Part shown: positions 36,776 through 47,054 of the stretch, piece after piece
How the letters are laid out: each line of letters starts with the position of its first letter
How positions within the stretch are numbered: the first letter of the stretch is position 1
Assembly: GCA_045577985.1 (NCBI GenBank)
Contig: JAZNJJ010000025.1
Coordinates: 42,488 to 106,487, forward strand
Direction: 5' to 3'
Source of the DNA: Alphaproteobacteria bacterium
Lineage (GTDB): Bacteria > Pseudomonadota > Alphaproteobacteria > RF32 > CAG-239
Length of the DNA: 64,000 bases
Notes under the pieces: generated by a model
What the model saw: only the letters and a program-made list of their open reading frames with translations
Told to the model about the DNA's origin: nothing
Databases searched by the model: none
Made by a program: the position numbers and the translations under genes

Positions 36776-37866
36776 CAACATAGTTCTTCTATTATTTTGT
36801 TTAGTAGTAGAAAACCTTCATCTGTTGCGTATAAATGAGTTTCATCTTCATTAATCAGATTAAGTTCTTTAAGAGTTGATAGTTTATTTTGATTAATGAT
36901 GTCATGAATGTCAATTGTGCATATTTGTTTAAATGATTGTTTATTTATGCCACAGGATAAGCGTAACCCCATAATAATTAATTCTTCAGCTCGTTCAGAT
37001 GGAGTTAATTTTTCATGAATGAAGGGGTATTGTGTAGCAAAATGTTGGTTATTTATTTTAAGTCTGCCGTGAGCAGATTTTCCTATACCTATATAATCTC
37101 CTCCTTGCCAATAAGTGAGGTTATGCTTTGATTGGTAGTTTGATAGGGAAAAATTTGAAACTTCATACATATTGTATTTTTTTTCATATAAATAAGATTT
37201 GGTGAATTTATAGAAATCTATACTGCTATCCTCATCTAAAGGTTTAATATTTTTTTTAGCAAAAACAGTATTTTCCTCAATTGTTAATTGGTATAGAGAT
37301 ATATGTTTTAATCCATATGAAGTAATTTCTTGTAATTCATTTTCCCATTCATTTAGTTTTTGATTTGGTCTTGCGTAAATTAAGTCAACGGAATGATTGT
37401 CATAAATATTTGTTATTTTTTTTATACAATTTCTTGCTGTTGATAAGTTATGAGTTCGTCCTAAAAATTTTAAATCTTGTTCATTTAGGGCTTGAACACC
37501 TAATGAAAGGCGATTTATTCCAGCATTTTTTAAATCAGAAAACATCGAAGAGTATTCACTATTGGGATTAGCTTCTAAACTTATTTCTATATCTGCATCT
37601 ATTTTCCATTTTTTTGTTATAAAATTTATTATACGTTCTATATTTTGGGGGCGAATTAATGAAGGAGTTCCTCCGCCAAAAAAAATTGATTTTATTATAC
37701 GCTCATTTGTTAATTTATGATACTTTTCAAGTGAAGAAATATATTCATCTATTATAATATCTTGATTAATATTAGGGGCAATTTCTTTGTAGAAATCGCA
37801 ATATGGACATTTACTTTTACAGAATGGCCAATGTATGTAGATAGATAGTTGATTTGATGTAGTCAT
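36772..37866 (-). CDS. hemW: radical SAM heme chaperone HemW
   Basis: YIHWPFCKSKCPYCDF, GGGTPS, YEVSNF, HN..YW. Confidence 0.9.
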   Translation of the reverse strand: MTTSNQLSIYIHWPFCKSKCPYCDFYKEIAPNINQDIIIDEYISSLEKYHKLTNERIIKSIFFGGGTPSLIRPQNIERIINFITKKWKIDADIEISLEANPNSEYSSMFSDLKNAGINRLSLGVQALNEQDLKFLGRTHNLSTARNCIKKITNIYDNHSVDLIYARPNQKLNEWENELQEITSYGLKHISLYQLTIEENTVFAKKNIKPLDEDSSIDFYKFTKSYLYEKKYNMYEVSNFSLSNYQSKHNLTYWQGGDYIGIGKSAHGRLKINNQHFATQYPFIHEKLTPSERAEELIIMGLRLSCGINKQSFKQICTIDIHDIINQNKLSTLKELNLINEDETHLYATDEGFLLLNKIIEELCC

Positions 37867-38234
37867 TAAAAAAACTTTTGATAGAGTATTGCAGACCATA
37901 AAATTATGGCATTTATAAATGAAATTAATACTAATAAACTACCAATATCTTTCGCTTTTTTTGATAGCTCATGATATTCAATAGATATCCTGTCTATTGT
38001 GGTTTCTATTGCACTATTTATAAGTTCCATCAATAAGATGAATAAAAGGCTGGATATGAGTATGGCTTTTTGTAGTAGACTTATATCTAACAATATTGCT
38101 ATTGGAGTTAATAAAATGAAAACGATTAAGTCCTGTCGGAAGGCAATTTCACTTTTAACTGTTGCTGTAAAGCCATTATATGAATAAATAAAGGCTTTTA
38201 ATATTCTTTTTATACCTGTTTCTTTTGATTTCAT
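37866..38234 (-). CDS. dgkA: diacylglycerol kinase
   Basis: E.AFRQ, ELINSAIE..IDRI..E.HELSK.AKDIGS. Confidence 0.94.
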   Translation of the reverse strand: MKSKETGIKRILKAFIYSYNGFTATVKSEIAFRQDLIVFILLTPIAILLDISLLQKAILISSLLFILLMELINSAIETTIDRISIEYHELSKKAKDIGSLLVLISFINAIILWSAILYQKFF

Positions 38235-38386
38235 TTCTTATACCTCTTCTGCTCAGAATAATACATTTTTAATGTTCGTCAATATATTTTATTTGATAAA
38301 AATTGTTTTATATTTGTATAAAAATCTTGAATATAAAGAAAAAAAGGTTAACATTAAGGAGTATTTGTTATTAAAAGGAGTTTAAA

Positions 38387-38866
38387 ATGTCTAGATTTGA
38401 AAACAGTCCTAATTACGGATTGACTATTTTGGCAGCAGTTATTGCTGCGGTTGTGAGTTCTTTTGTTACTTATAAAGCTACAACAAAAGGAGAGATGAAT
38501 TTTGCTGTTGTTGATTTACAACGTGTTGTTGTTTCATCTAAAGATGTGGAAGCTCTAAAAAATGAGAGAGATGCTCAGATTCAGGATTTGAAAAAGATGG
38601 CCGATGAAGCTAATGAAAAAATTAAGGCAGAAGCAGATGAGGAAAAAAAGAAAAAACTTTCTGAACAATATTTATCTGAAATAAATTCAAAAAAAGAAAG
38701 TTATGATAAAGTTTATGCTTCAGCATTACAAGCATCTGATGATAAATTGAATAATGTTATCAATTCTGTCGCAGAGAAAGAGGGATTAAAAGTAGTTTTT
38801 AATAAAAGTTCTCTAGTTCAAGGTGGAATTGATATTACGGATTCAGTTATTGAATTGGTTAAATAA
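38387..38866 (+). CDS. OmpH/Skp-family protein
   Basis: AVVDLQRV, coiled coil, VAEKEGL.VVF, DITD.VI. Confidence 0.8.
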   Translation: MSRFENSPNYGLTILAAVIAAVVSSFVTYKATTKGEMNFAVVDLQRVVVSSKDVEALKNERDAQIQDLKKMADEANEKIKAEADEEKKKKLSEQYLSEINSKKESYDKVYASALQASDDKLNNVINSVAEKEGLKVVFNKSSLVQGGIDITDSVIELVK

Positions 38867-38911
38867 TTTGATTACAATTTAGAAAAAAAACGGAGATTGT
38901 TCTCCGTTTTT

Positions 38912-41644
38912 TTATTGGTTTGTGGGTATTGCTATTTGCGGTGTTTGGTAGTTTGATAAAATATTTTCTATTTCTTGTGTTGATAATATTTCAGGTAAGG
39001 CTATTCCATCTCGTAAAAATGGTGTATATAATATATAAAAAGGTAATCCCTTTCTTCCGTATTTTGCCATAAAGTCTAAGGTTTCTTTATTATAATTAGT
39101 CCAATCAACTTTGATGGTTTCTAGATTGTATTTTGTTTTCCATCTTTCTAAATTTTTATTTGTAAATATAAATGTACTATTAAAATGGCAAGTCATACAC
39201 CAATTGGCTCCTATTTCAAGAAGAATAGCATGGCCTTCTGCTAATTTATTTTGTATTAATTTTGTTTCAATTTCATTATATTTATTTTCGGTATCTATAT
39301 TTTGATTAATTTTTATATTTTGCGTAGCAGTAGAGTTACACCAATATAGTAGTGAAATGAATAATGTTATAATTAAAAATGTACTAGTTTTTCTTGCTTT
39401 ATTTATGGTTTCTAATGTTATATTTTCATCAAATATTCCGCAGAGATAGTCTAAATAAGCATGATAAGTTTTAAATAATATAGTGAATATTGTTATAGAA
39501 ATAACAAGAACAAATACTGTTTTCCAATTTGTTTGACCGAGTATTAGTGATAAAAACCAGAGAATGGTTAAGTATAACATAATTTTCATTGCGATATTTA
39601 GTTTATTTAACCATGGACCTGGTTTAGGAAATAATGCTTCGGGATCTTTTATGATGTATGCAACAATATATGGTATTGATAAACCTATAGCTACTCCATA
39701 CATTATTATAATAATATCAATGTAATTTCCAGATAAAGCAAAACCAATTGCGGTAGCTAAATAAGGTCCTGTACATGGTGTTGATAAAATAACAATCATA
39801 TTACCGATAATAAAATTTGTTTTATTGGTATAATTATCAAGCGTATATTTTGATATATCAATCATGTTAAGTTTTGGAAGTATAGCTATAAATGTTGAGA
39901 GTACAAAAGTCATTATAATGAGAAAATTTATATTTTGAAATTGCATTCCCCAACCAAGCGAATAATCTAAAAATTTTGCGATTATTAATCCTATTGTAAG
40001 AATAGAAAAACCTGAAAATATTCCATATATCGTATATAGTAAAGATGTTTTTATCTTTTTTCTTTTTAAGTTATGCGATTGACTTAAGGTCATTATTTTT
40101 AGTGATAACACAGGAAAGACACAAGGCATGAAGTTTAAGATTAGTCCTCCTAATATGGCAAACATAATTAAAGCCATATTTAATTTGGTTGTTTGAGGAT
40201 CAAAAGTTGAGCTGATTGTTGCTTGTTTATCTGTTCTATATCCGTAAAAATCATTTAATTCTGCAGTGATAGTAAAAGTGGAGTTCAGTAATTCGTTATT
40301 ATTTTCTATTGGTATTAATCTAACAAAAATATGATTATCTTTGATGCTTATTAAAGGAGATGAAAATAATGTGTATCCTTGTTTTTCTTCTACAAATATT
40401 TTAAAACTTTTAATTGATTTATCTGTTGAAAATTCTAAACGTAGTGATTGAGTGTCTTTATCGTTATCAACAACAAATTTCCTTAGAGTTAGATGTGGTG
40501 AAGTTGATTGTGGTAAATGAGATATTGTTTTATCAAAAAGATAATCATATCCATTATTGAATATGTCATCACCATTTGGATCTATTTTTACTTCAGAATA
40601 TAAATCTTCGACAGTACATTTAAAATTTGTATTACAAACCGTAAATTTCATTTTAGCTTTTATTGTTAGTGGTAAATTTTTATCATTTACGGTTATTTCG
40701 ATAGGAATCATGAATTCTCCGTAATATTTGTGTGCAGACGGAAAATTTATGGAATTAAAGGGGGTTGGATAATTTATTTTATATTCAGATATATTTTCAG
40801 ATAAAGAAAGATCTATTTGAGGTTTTAAGAAAGTATCTGAATAATTGTTAGCTATAATAAAATGGTTTGGTTCGGTAATTATTTGTATTCCAAAATCTAA
40901 TTTATCATCATCTTCAATATAGGTTTTTTTTGATAATAATCTTGCTTGAAGATGTTTCCCTTGAGAAAATGTGCTAGTTCCTTTTTTTGATAAAAGAGGA
41001 TTTTCGTATTTCTCTCCATATAAAAATACTTTCTTCCATTCGATTTTTTTTGCGATATAATCAATTTTATCTAAAACAGACATTTTTTTATTTTTAGCTT
41101 CAAAATCACGAATAGCAGCTCTTTCTTCGGCGTTTGTACTATACGTTAAAAACTTTTTGAAATTATATACTTTTACAAAATATCCTTCATCAGCTTCAAT
41201 GTAAGGAATTTCATCATGATGGTCATAATCTTTGACTGAACGCACTTTTTTGAAAATGCGTGGTGATATTTTCTTTTTTATATAATCATTATAAATTTCA
41301 TTTATTTTAGTGTATATCTTTATACTATTTTGAAGAAAAATCTGTTTTGTATATAATGTATTGTCGTCATCATTTGGAAATATTGGGCGTAGTTTTTCAA
41401 TGAAATCTTCATTAAATATTTCTTCCGTAGAATATTTATTGTGTAAATATTTCCCAATTTCATAAAAGGTTATACCTAAATCGACTATACCTAATTCTCT
41501 ATAAGAATTATGTTTCATTTCTTCGATGCGACTTAGTGTTAATTCACCATCAAAATCATTAGGCAATTGTGCAATTTCATTTGCACATGCCAAACTATTG
41601 AAAAGTGAAAAAATAAAAACTATATATATGTACAGATATTTCAT
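38912..41644 (-). CDS. protein-disulfide reductase DsbD/ScsB-like, N-terminally extended
   Basis: GGLILNFMPCVFPVL, STPCTGPYL, PKPGPW, thioredoxin WCMTC. Confidence 0.88.
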   Translation of the reverse strand: MKYLYIYIVFIFSLFNSLACANEIAQLPNDFDGELTLSRIEEMKHNSYRELGIVDLGITFYEIGKYLHNKYSTEEIFNEDFIEKLRPIFPNDDDNTLYTKQIFLQNSIKIYTKINEIYNDYIKKKISPRIFKKVRSVKDYDHHDEIPYIEADEGYFVKVYNFKKFLTYSTNAEERAAIRDFEAKNKKMSVLDKIDYIAKKIEWKKVFLYGEKYENPLLSKKGTSTFSQGKHLQARLLSKKTYIEDDDKLDFGIQIITEPNHFIIANNYSDTFLKPQIDLSLSENISEYKINYPTPFNSINFPSAHKYYGEFMIPIEITVNDKNLPLTIKAKMKFTVCNTNFKCTVEDLYSEVKIDPNGDDIFNNGYDYLFDKTISHLPQSTSPHLTLRKFVVDNDKDTQSLRLEFSTDKSIKSFKIFVEEKQGYTLFSSPLISIKDNHIFVRLIPIENNNELLNSTFTITAELNDFYGYRTDKQATISSTFDPQTTKLNMALIMFAILGGLILNFMPCVFPVLSLKIMTLSQSHNLKRKKIKTSLLYTIYGIFSGFSILTIGLIIAKFLDYSLGWGMQFQNINFLIIMTFVLSTFIAILPKLNMIDISKYTLDNYTNKTNFIIGNMIVILSTPCTGPYLATAIGFALSGNYIDIIIIMYGVAIGLSIPYIVAYIIKDPEALFPKPGPWLNKLNIAMKIMLYLTILWFLSLILGQTNWKTVFVLVISITIFTILFKTYHAYLDYLCGIFDENITLETINKARKTSTFLIITLFISLLYWCNSTATQNIKINQNIDTENKYNEIETKLIQNKLAEGHAILLEIGANWCMTCHFNSTFIFTNKNLERWKTKYNLETIKVDWTNYNKETLDFMAKYGRKGLPFYILYTPFLRDGIALPEILSTQEIENILSNYQTPQIAIPTNQ

Positions 41645-41737
41645 TGTTTTGTTAATGATAGTTTAAACTTCAAATAATATATATTTTATGATATTATAAA
41701 AAAGTAAAAAAAAAATTAGTTTTTATGGTTTAATGAA

Positions 41738-42313
41738 ATGGAAAATTTTGATAGTAAATATGCATTGACTGGTAAATTATTAGTAGCAATGCCTACGTTA
41801 AATGAAAGTGATTGTTTTTCACATTCTGTAGTGTATGTTTGTTCTCATGGAAAAAGTGGCGCAATGGGAATTATTGTAAATAAACAAATGGATAAATTTT
41901 CCTTTTCGGATCTGACATTTCAATTACCGATTAAAGATTATGAAGCTTTGAATAGTGTAAAGTTATATACGGGTGGTCCTTTAGAACAAATTAGAGGAAT
42001 GGTTTTACATTCAACAGATTATATTAAAGATGGGACGATTGTAGTGGGAAATGGTATAGCTGTTTCTTCGTCTACTGAGATTATATCAGATATTGCGTTT
42101 GGACAAGGTCCGGAAGATAAATTAGTTGCTTTAGGTTATTCTTTTTGGCATCCTCGTCAATTAGAAGCTGAAATTTATGAAAATGATTGGATGGTTATTG
42201 ATGCAGATAAGGAGCTTATGTTTAAAACAAAAGATGAGGAAAAATGGCAAAAAGCGCTCGATGAAACCGGTATAAGGTTAGATCGATTTATCGGGATAAC
42301 AGGTAGATCTTAG
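41738..42313 (+). CDS. YqgE/AlgH family protein
   Basis: LLVAMP, F..SVVYVCSH...GAMG, GGP, LGYS.W...QL..E. Confidence 0.92.
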   Translation: MENFDSKYALTGKLLVAMPTLNESDCFSHSVVYVCSHGKSGAMGIIVNKQMDKFSFSDLTFQLPIKDYEALNSVKLYTGGPLEQIRGMVLHSTDYIKDGTIVVGNGIAVSSSTEIISDIAFGQGPEDKLVALGYSFWHPRQLEAEIYENDWMVIDADKELMFKTKDEEKWQKALDETGIRLDRFIGITGRS

Positions 42314-42315
42314 TC

Positions 42316-43578
42316 TTAACCTTTTCTTCTTCGTGAAGAGTTATTTCCCAGAACAGTTAATGCAAAACTTGTTACTCCTTTGATTATTTTTGTTTGGTTT
42401 CGCTTTCCTATTCGTTGCCACAAAGAAGTAATTTTGTTGAAGATGCCTATTTTTTTCGGCTCTTTATCACTTTTTTCCGTTGATATTTCTTCTTGCATTT
42501 GTTCTTGATATTCAGCCAACTGTTTGCATTCTTGAGGAGTGCACTTGTATGGAGATAAAATGTTTATAATATCTTCATTTGATACATATGCTCCTAAAAT
42601 TCTTGTTAAATTACCATTACTTTCTAAAAATAAAGAATCACCTCGTCCTAAAAGATTTTCAGCTCCTGTTGTGTTTAGGATTGTCAAGGAATCTGTAGGA
42701 CTTGCTACTTTATATGATATTCTATTTGGTAAATTAGCTTTTATACTACCTGTTAAAATATCAACGGAAGGTCTTTGAGTGGCAATTATTAAATGGATGC
42801 CGGATGCTCGAGATTTTTGGGCCAGAATTTGTATTTGTTTTTCGACGCTTTTATCAAACATTATTAAATCAGCGAATTCATCAATAACGCAAACAATATA
42901 AGGTAGGTGTTTTCCTTTTGTTTTATATTCTTCTATATTTCTAACCATCTCCTTTTCGAATAATTCATAACGATTATTCATTTCTGTGCATAATTGAGAT
43001 AGGCAGATACTTGCAATATTCATATCTGTAATAACCGGACGCATCATATATTTTTGATTATTATACATGCTAAATTCAATGCGTTTGGGATCAATTAATA
43101 TTAACTGTAGTTCTTGAGGTGTCTTTTTGTTAATTAAAGATAAAATGAAAGAGTTTAGTCCTACAGACTTACCGGAACCAGTAGTGCCGGCAACTAAGAG
43201 GTGAGGCATTTTACTTAAATCTTTTATAATAGGTGTTCCTCGCATATCTACACCTAAGCATATTGGTAAAGCAGATGTTGTCTTTATGAACTCTTGAGAA
43301 TATAAAATAGGTGGAAATGGGACTATTTGTGATTGTTGTTGAGGAATTTCAAAACGAATATAGGTTGAGTTTGGTATTTCGGATACTCGGACTCCACTAA
43401 TTCCTAGTTCACGACTTATATCTTTTATAATATTTTCTACTTGATTAAATTTAGAACCTTCTTCAAGTTGAAATTCAATCTCAGTTATGATCGGACCATC
43501 ATATATTTGACCTATAGAGCCATATATACCAAAATTAGATAATACCAAAGGTAATTTAGAAGGTAAGTTTTCTGTCAT
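42316..43578 (-). CDS. FtsK/SpoIIIE-like ATPase, motor domain only
   Basis: MPHLLVAGTTGSGKSV, IDPK, IDEFADL, ATQRPSVD, GAE.LLGRGD; start placed just after the bamE stop. Confidence 0.85.
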   Translation of the reverse strand: MTENLPSKLPLVLSNFGIYGSIGQIYDGPIITEIEFQLEEGSKFNQVENIIKDISRELGISGVRVSEIPNSTYIRFEIPQQQSQIVPFPPILYSQEFIKTTSALPICLGVDMRGTPIIKDLSKMPHLLVAGTTGSGKSVGLNSFILSLINKKTPQELQLILIDPKRIEFSMYNNQKYMMRPVITDMNIASICLSQLCTEMNNRYELFEKEMVRNIEEYKTKGKHLPYIVCVIDEFADLIMFDKSVEKQIQILAQKSRASGIHLIIATQRPSVDILTGSIKANLPNRISYKVASPTDSLTILNTTGAENLLGRGDSLFLESNGNLTRILGAYVSNEDIINILSPYKCTPQECKQLAEYQEQMQEEISTEKSDKEPKKIGIFNKITSLWQRIGKRNQTKIIKGVTSFALTVLGNNSSRRRKG

Positions 43579-43579
43579 A

Positions 43580-44032
43580 TCATAATCCGTTTTCTCTAGT
43601 TCCGCCAAAAGGCATGTATGCACCAACTCCGCCAAAATATTTACGGAAAAATCCCAGTTCTCTATCTGTTGATTTTGTTTCATCTGTATCGATAGTAATA
43701 TTATTAGCATCTGCTAATGTAAATTTTTCAATTTTATTAACTTTATTATCCTCAAAGGTTAATGCTAAAATTTGACGATCAAGCTCTTTAGGTTTTAGAA
43801 ATGCGATACGTTCTATGGTTGTTGACATATATATCCAATGGTTATTATTTAATCCTGTGGTTGTGCTTGGGGAACCTAATATTGCTATGACATCTTCTTT
43901 GGTTTGTCCATTGTGTATGTGTGCTATTTTTTCTGAACTAGGTATATTCCCGTTGTGATCTAAGAATATATCACTGGAACAAGCATTACAAAGTATTAAA
44001 GCTAAAATAAAAAGAATTTTGCGTATTGACAT
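43580..44032 (-). CDS. bamE: outer membrane assembly lipoprotein BamE
   Basis: Lipobox, TKEDV..ILGSPS, WIY; divergent from yceD as in Alphaproteobacteria. Confidence 0.85.
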   Translation of the reverse strand: MSIRKILFILALILCNACSSDIFLDHNGNIPSSEKIAHIHNGQTKEDVIAILGSPSTTTGLNNNHWIYMSTTIERIAFLKPKELDRQILALTFEDNKVNKIEKFTLADANNITIDTDETKSTDRELGFFRKYFGGVGAYMPFGGTRENGL

Positions 44033-44090
44033 ATATTTTATTCCCTATATTTATAATTATAATGATTATATATATCATAAGGATTTCAGA

Positions 44091-44609
44091 ATGCAAAAAA
44101 AATTTTCATATCCGATAAAAATTGATGAATTAAATCAAAATAAATATAAATTTGTGCTTTGGGCTGATGAGTTTGAACTCGAAGATATAGCATCTGTTTT
44201 ACAAGTTGAAAAAGCTAAAGCATTTAAGGCAGAAATTTTTTTAAAATATGATCAAAGACTACATTCTCTGAAAGTATGGGGTAGTGTTTTGGCAAAATTA
44301 GAATTAAAAAGTGTTATATCTTTAGAGAATTTTGATAAAGATTTTGATGTGTCTTTTGAATTAAATTTTGATACAAAGGCAACATATAAGGATATCCGAG
44401 ATATGGATTATGGGATAAACGATGATATTCCAGATATTATTGAAAATGGGCAAATTAATTTAGCGGATATAGCTATTGAACAAATTGCTTTGAATATTGA
44501 TGATTATCCTCGTGCAGAAGGAGAGATTTTCGATTATTCTAAATATGCGGAGGATGATGTCGAGGAACGTGAAAATCCTTTTGCAATTTTAAAAAAACTT
44601 AAAAAATAA
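44091..44609 (+). CDS. YceD/DUF177 family protein
   Basis: EQIALNIDDYPR, NPFAILKKL; upstream of rpmF. Confidence 0.85.
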   Translation: MQKKFSYPIKIDELNQNKYKFVLWADEFELEDIASVLQVEKAKAFKAEIFLKYDQRLHSLKVWGSVLAKLELKSVISLENFDKDFDVSFELNFDTKATYKDIRDMDYGINDDIPDIIENGQINLADIAIEQIALNIDDYPRAEGEIFDYSKYAEDDVEERENPFAILKKLKK

Positions 44610-44764
44610 TGAATTTATTGTAAAAAGTGCTTGCAAAATATTAAAAAGTTATATAAAACTCGACTTAATCGTTTGGAAGTAGGTTTTTGCTTGCTTTTTT
44701 AATATTGCTGTGCTAAACGTTACGCCGAATGTTTGTGTAATTAATTAACTATAAGAGAAGAAAA

Positions 44765-44950
44765 ATGGCTACACCTAAGAAAAAAGTATCAAAATCTCGT
44801 CGTGATATGCGCCGTTCTCATGATGCATTAACTCCTAATGCATACCAAGAATGTCCTAATTGCGGAGAATTAAAAAGACCTCATAATGTTTGCCCTAAAT
44901 GCGGCCAATATGATGGTAAAGAAGTTGTTGCTAGTAAAGAAGCAAAATAA
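44765..44950 (+). CDS. rpmF: 50S ribosomal protein L32
   Basis: [19 protein letters not shown], CxxC...CxxC. Confidence 0.97.
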   Translation: MATPKKKVSKSRRDMRRSHDALTPNAYQECPNCGELKRPHNVCPKCGQYDGKEVVASKEAK

Positions 44951-44968
44951 TTTTTATAAATTTTAAAT

Positions 44969-46033
44969 ATGGAGCAGGTTTTGTCTGATAATAATCTGGT
45001 CATATCTGTAGATGCGATGGGGGGAGATCACTCCCCTCGTATCGTGGTTGAGGGTATTGCTATTGCCCATAAGAATAATCCTGACATTAAATTTTTGTTA
45101 TATGGTGATGAAACAAAAGTTAATGAAGAGATTAAAATGTTTCCGTCTGTTCGAGAGTATTGTAAGGTTATACACGCCAGTGAACGTGTAAAAAATGAAG
45201 ATAAGCCTTCACAAGTAATCAGAAATAAAAATACTAGTATGTACATGGCTATTGAGGCTGTGCGTAAAGGTGAGGCAAAAGCTGTTGTTTCAGCCGGTAA
45301 TACAGGTGCTTTGATGGCTATATCTAAGATGATATTGAAAACTATTCAAAGAATCCATCGTCCTGCAATTTGTACTAATATTCCCCACAAAAATGGAAAA
45401 TGTATTATGCTTGATTTAGGGGCTAATACAGAATGTAGTGCTATAAATTTGGCTGAATTTGCTATTATTGGTAATATTTTAGCTCGACATACATTGGATA
45501 TTAAACATCCGCGAATCGCTTTGCTTAATATTGGTGCTGAGGAAATGAAGGGTAAGGAAGAAATTCATCAGGCAGCAAAAATGATTAAGAATGCTCATCT
45601 TGATTTAAACTTTATTGGATATATTGAACCTCATCAGATAGGTGAGGGATATGCTGATGTTATTGTTGCAGACGGATTTACTGGAAATATTGCGCTGAAG
45701 ACAATGGAAGGTACCGCTAAATTGGTTTCAGGTATGTTGAAAAGTACGATAAAAAAATCGCTGTGGGCTAAGATTGGTTTGCCATTCTTGTTTCCGGTAC
45801 TTTGGAAAATGAAAAAAACTATGGATCCACGTAAGTATAATGGTGCTATGTTTGTCGGATTGAATGGTTTATCCGTAAAGAGCCATGGTGGTACAGATGC
45901 ATTAGGCTTTTCTTATGCTCTTGATAATGCTGCAAAGTTAGTGAGACAAGATTTTGTTCAGACAATTCGTAATGAAGTTGAACATATTGATTTAGATGAA
46001 TTATCTCAGGATATATTATACGATGTTTATTAG
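44969..46033 (+). CDS. plsX: phosphate acyltransferase PlsX
   Basis: VDAMGGDHSP, SAGNTGA, DGFTGNIALK, VKSHG. Confidence 0.97.
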   Translation: MEQVLSDNNLVISVDAMGGDHSPRIVVEGIAIAHKNNPDIKFLLYGDETKVNEEIKMFPSVREYCKVIHASERVKNEDKPSQVIRNKNTSMYMAIEAVRKGEAKAVVSAGNTGALMAISKMILKTIQRIHRPAICTNIPHKNGKCIMLDLGANTECSAINLAEFAIIGNILARHTLDIKHPRIALLNIGAEEMKGKEEIHQAAKMIKNAHLDLNFIGYIEPHQIGEGYADVIVADGFTGNIALKTMEGTAKLVSGMLKSTIKKSLWAKIGLPFLFPVLWKMKKTMDPRKYNGAMFVGLNGLSVKSHGGTDALGFSYALDNAAKLVRQDFVQTIRNEVEHIDLDELSQDILYDVY

Positions 46034-46997
46034 AAGTGAAATGATAGGTTTTGGTAGATATCTGCCAAAAAAAGTTCTTACAAATGATGATTTATCAAAA
46101 ATGGTTGAAACAAATGATGAGTGGATTAGAACCCGTACGGGAATTTTGAGCCGTCATATTGTTGAAGATGAAACAACCTCTGTTGTTGCAGGGAATGCAA
46201 TCAAGAATGCTATTGATAATGCGGGTATTAAGCCTCAAGATGTTGATGTATTGATTTTAGCAACAATAACTCCAGACAATACAACGCCGTCTTCTGCTAC
46301 TAAAATTGCTCATAAGTTAGGGTTTAGACCAGGAGTTCCTGCTTTTGATATTTCTGCTGCGTGCTCAGGTTTTATATATGCACTAACTTTAGCTGATAAT
46401 ATGATTCGTTTAGGTCAAGTAAAGACAGCCGTTATAGCTGGTGCAGAATGTCTATCTAAGATTGTTGATTGGACAGATAGAAATACTTGTGTATTGTTTG
46501 GTGATGGCGGTGGAGCAGTTGTTTTGAGAGCAAAGGAATCTGAAGGAACAAATAAAGATACAGGTGTTTTAAGTACTTGTATATATTCGGATGGATCTCA
46601 ATATGATTGTTTGGGAACAACTGGTGGTGTTTCTTCAACTCAAAGTATTGGTGTTGTCAGTATGAACGGTAAGGAAGTATTTAAGCATGCTGTTGTTAGT
46701 TTGGCTGAAGCTGCAGAAACGGCTATTTCAAAGGCAAATTTAACTAAAGATGATGTAAAATGGTTGATTCCTCATCAAGCTAATATTCGTATTGTTGATA
46801 GTGTTGGAGAGCGTTTAGGTATTGCTAAAGAGCAAGTAATTGTTACTTTAGACCATCATGGAAATACATCGGCTGCGTCTATTCCTTTAGCATTATCTGA
46901 AAATATTGATAACGGTCGTTTGCAAAAAGGCGATGTTGTTGTTTTAACAGCCATGGGAGCCGGATTTACTTGGGGCGGTGCTGTAATTCGTTTATAA
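46023..46997 (+). CDS. fabH: beta-ketoacyl-ACP synthase III
   Basis: AACSGF, LFGDG, PHQAN, GNTSAASIP, GAGFTWG. Confidence 0.97.
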   Translation: MFIRSEMIGFGRYLPKKVLTNDDLSKMVETNDEWIRTRTGILSRHIVEDETTSVVAGNAIKNAIDNAGIKPQDVDVLILATITPDNTTPSSATKIAHKLGFRPGVPAFDISAACSGFIYALTLADNMIRLGQVKTAVIAGAECLSKIVDWTDRNTCVLFGDGGGAVVLRAKESEGTNKDTGVLSTCIYSDGSQYDCLGTTGGVSSTQSIGVVSMNGKEVFKHAVVSLAEAAETAISKANLTKDDVKWLIPHQANIRIVDSVGERLGIAKEQVIVTLDHHGNTSAASIPLALSENIDNGRLQKGDVVVLTAMGAGFTWGGAVIRL

Positions 46998-47030
46998 AAA
47001 ATACCCTCTGCAAAACAGAGGGTATTTTTT
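46996..47030. terminator. bidirectional intrinsic terminator
   Basis: AAAAAATACCCTCTG CAAAA CAGAGGGTATTTTTT. Confidence 0.85.
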
Positions 47031-47054
47031 TGTGTAGAAGAAAGAATTTCTAAG

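Noticed and set aside
43579-43710. Longer FtsK start overlapping bamE
   Set aside because: 131-bp same-strand overlap; ATG at 43578 directly after the bamE stop is more plausible
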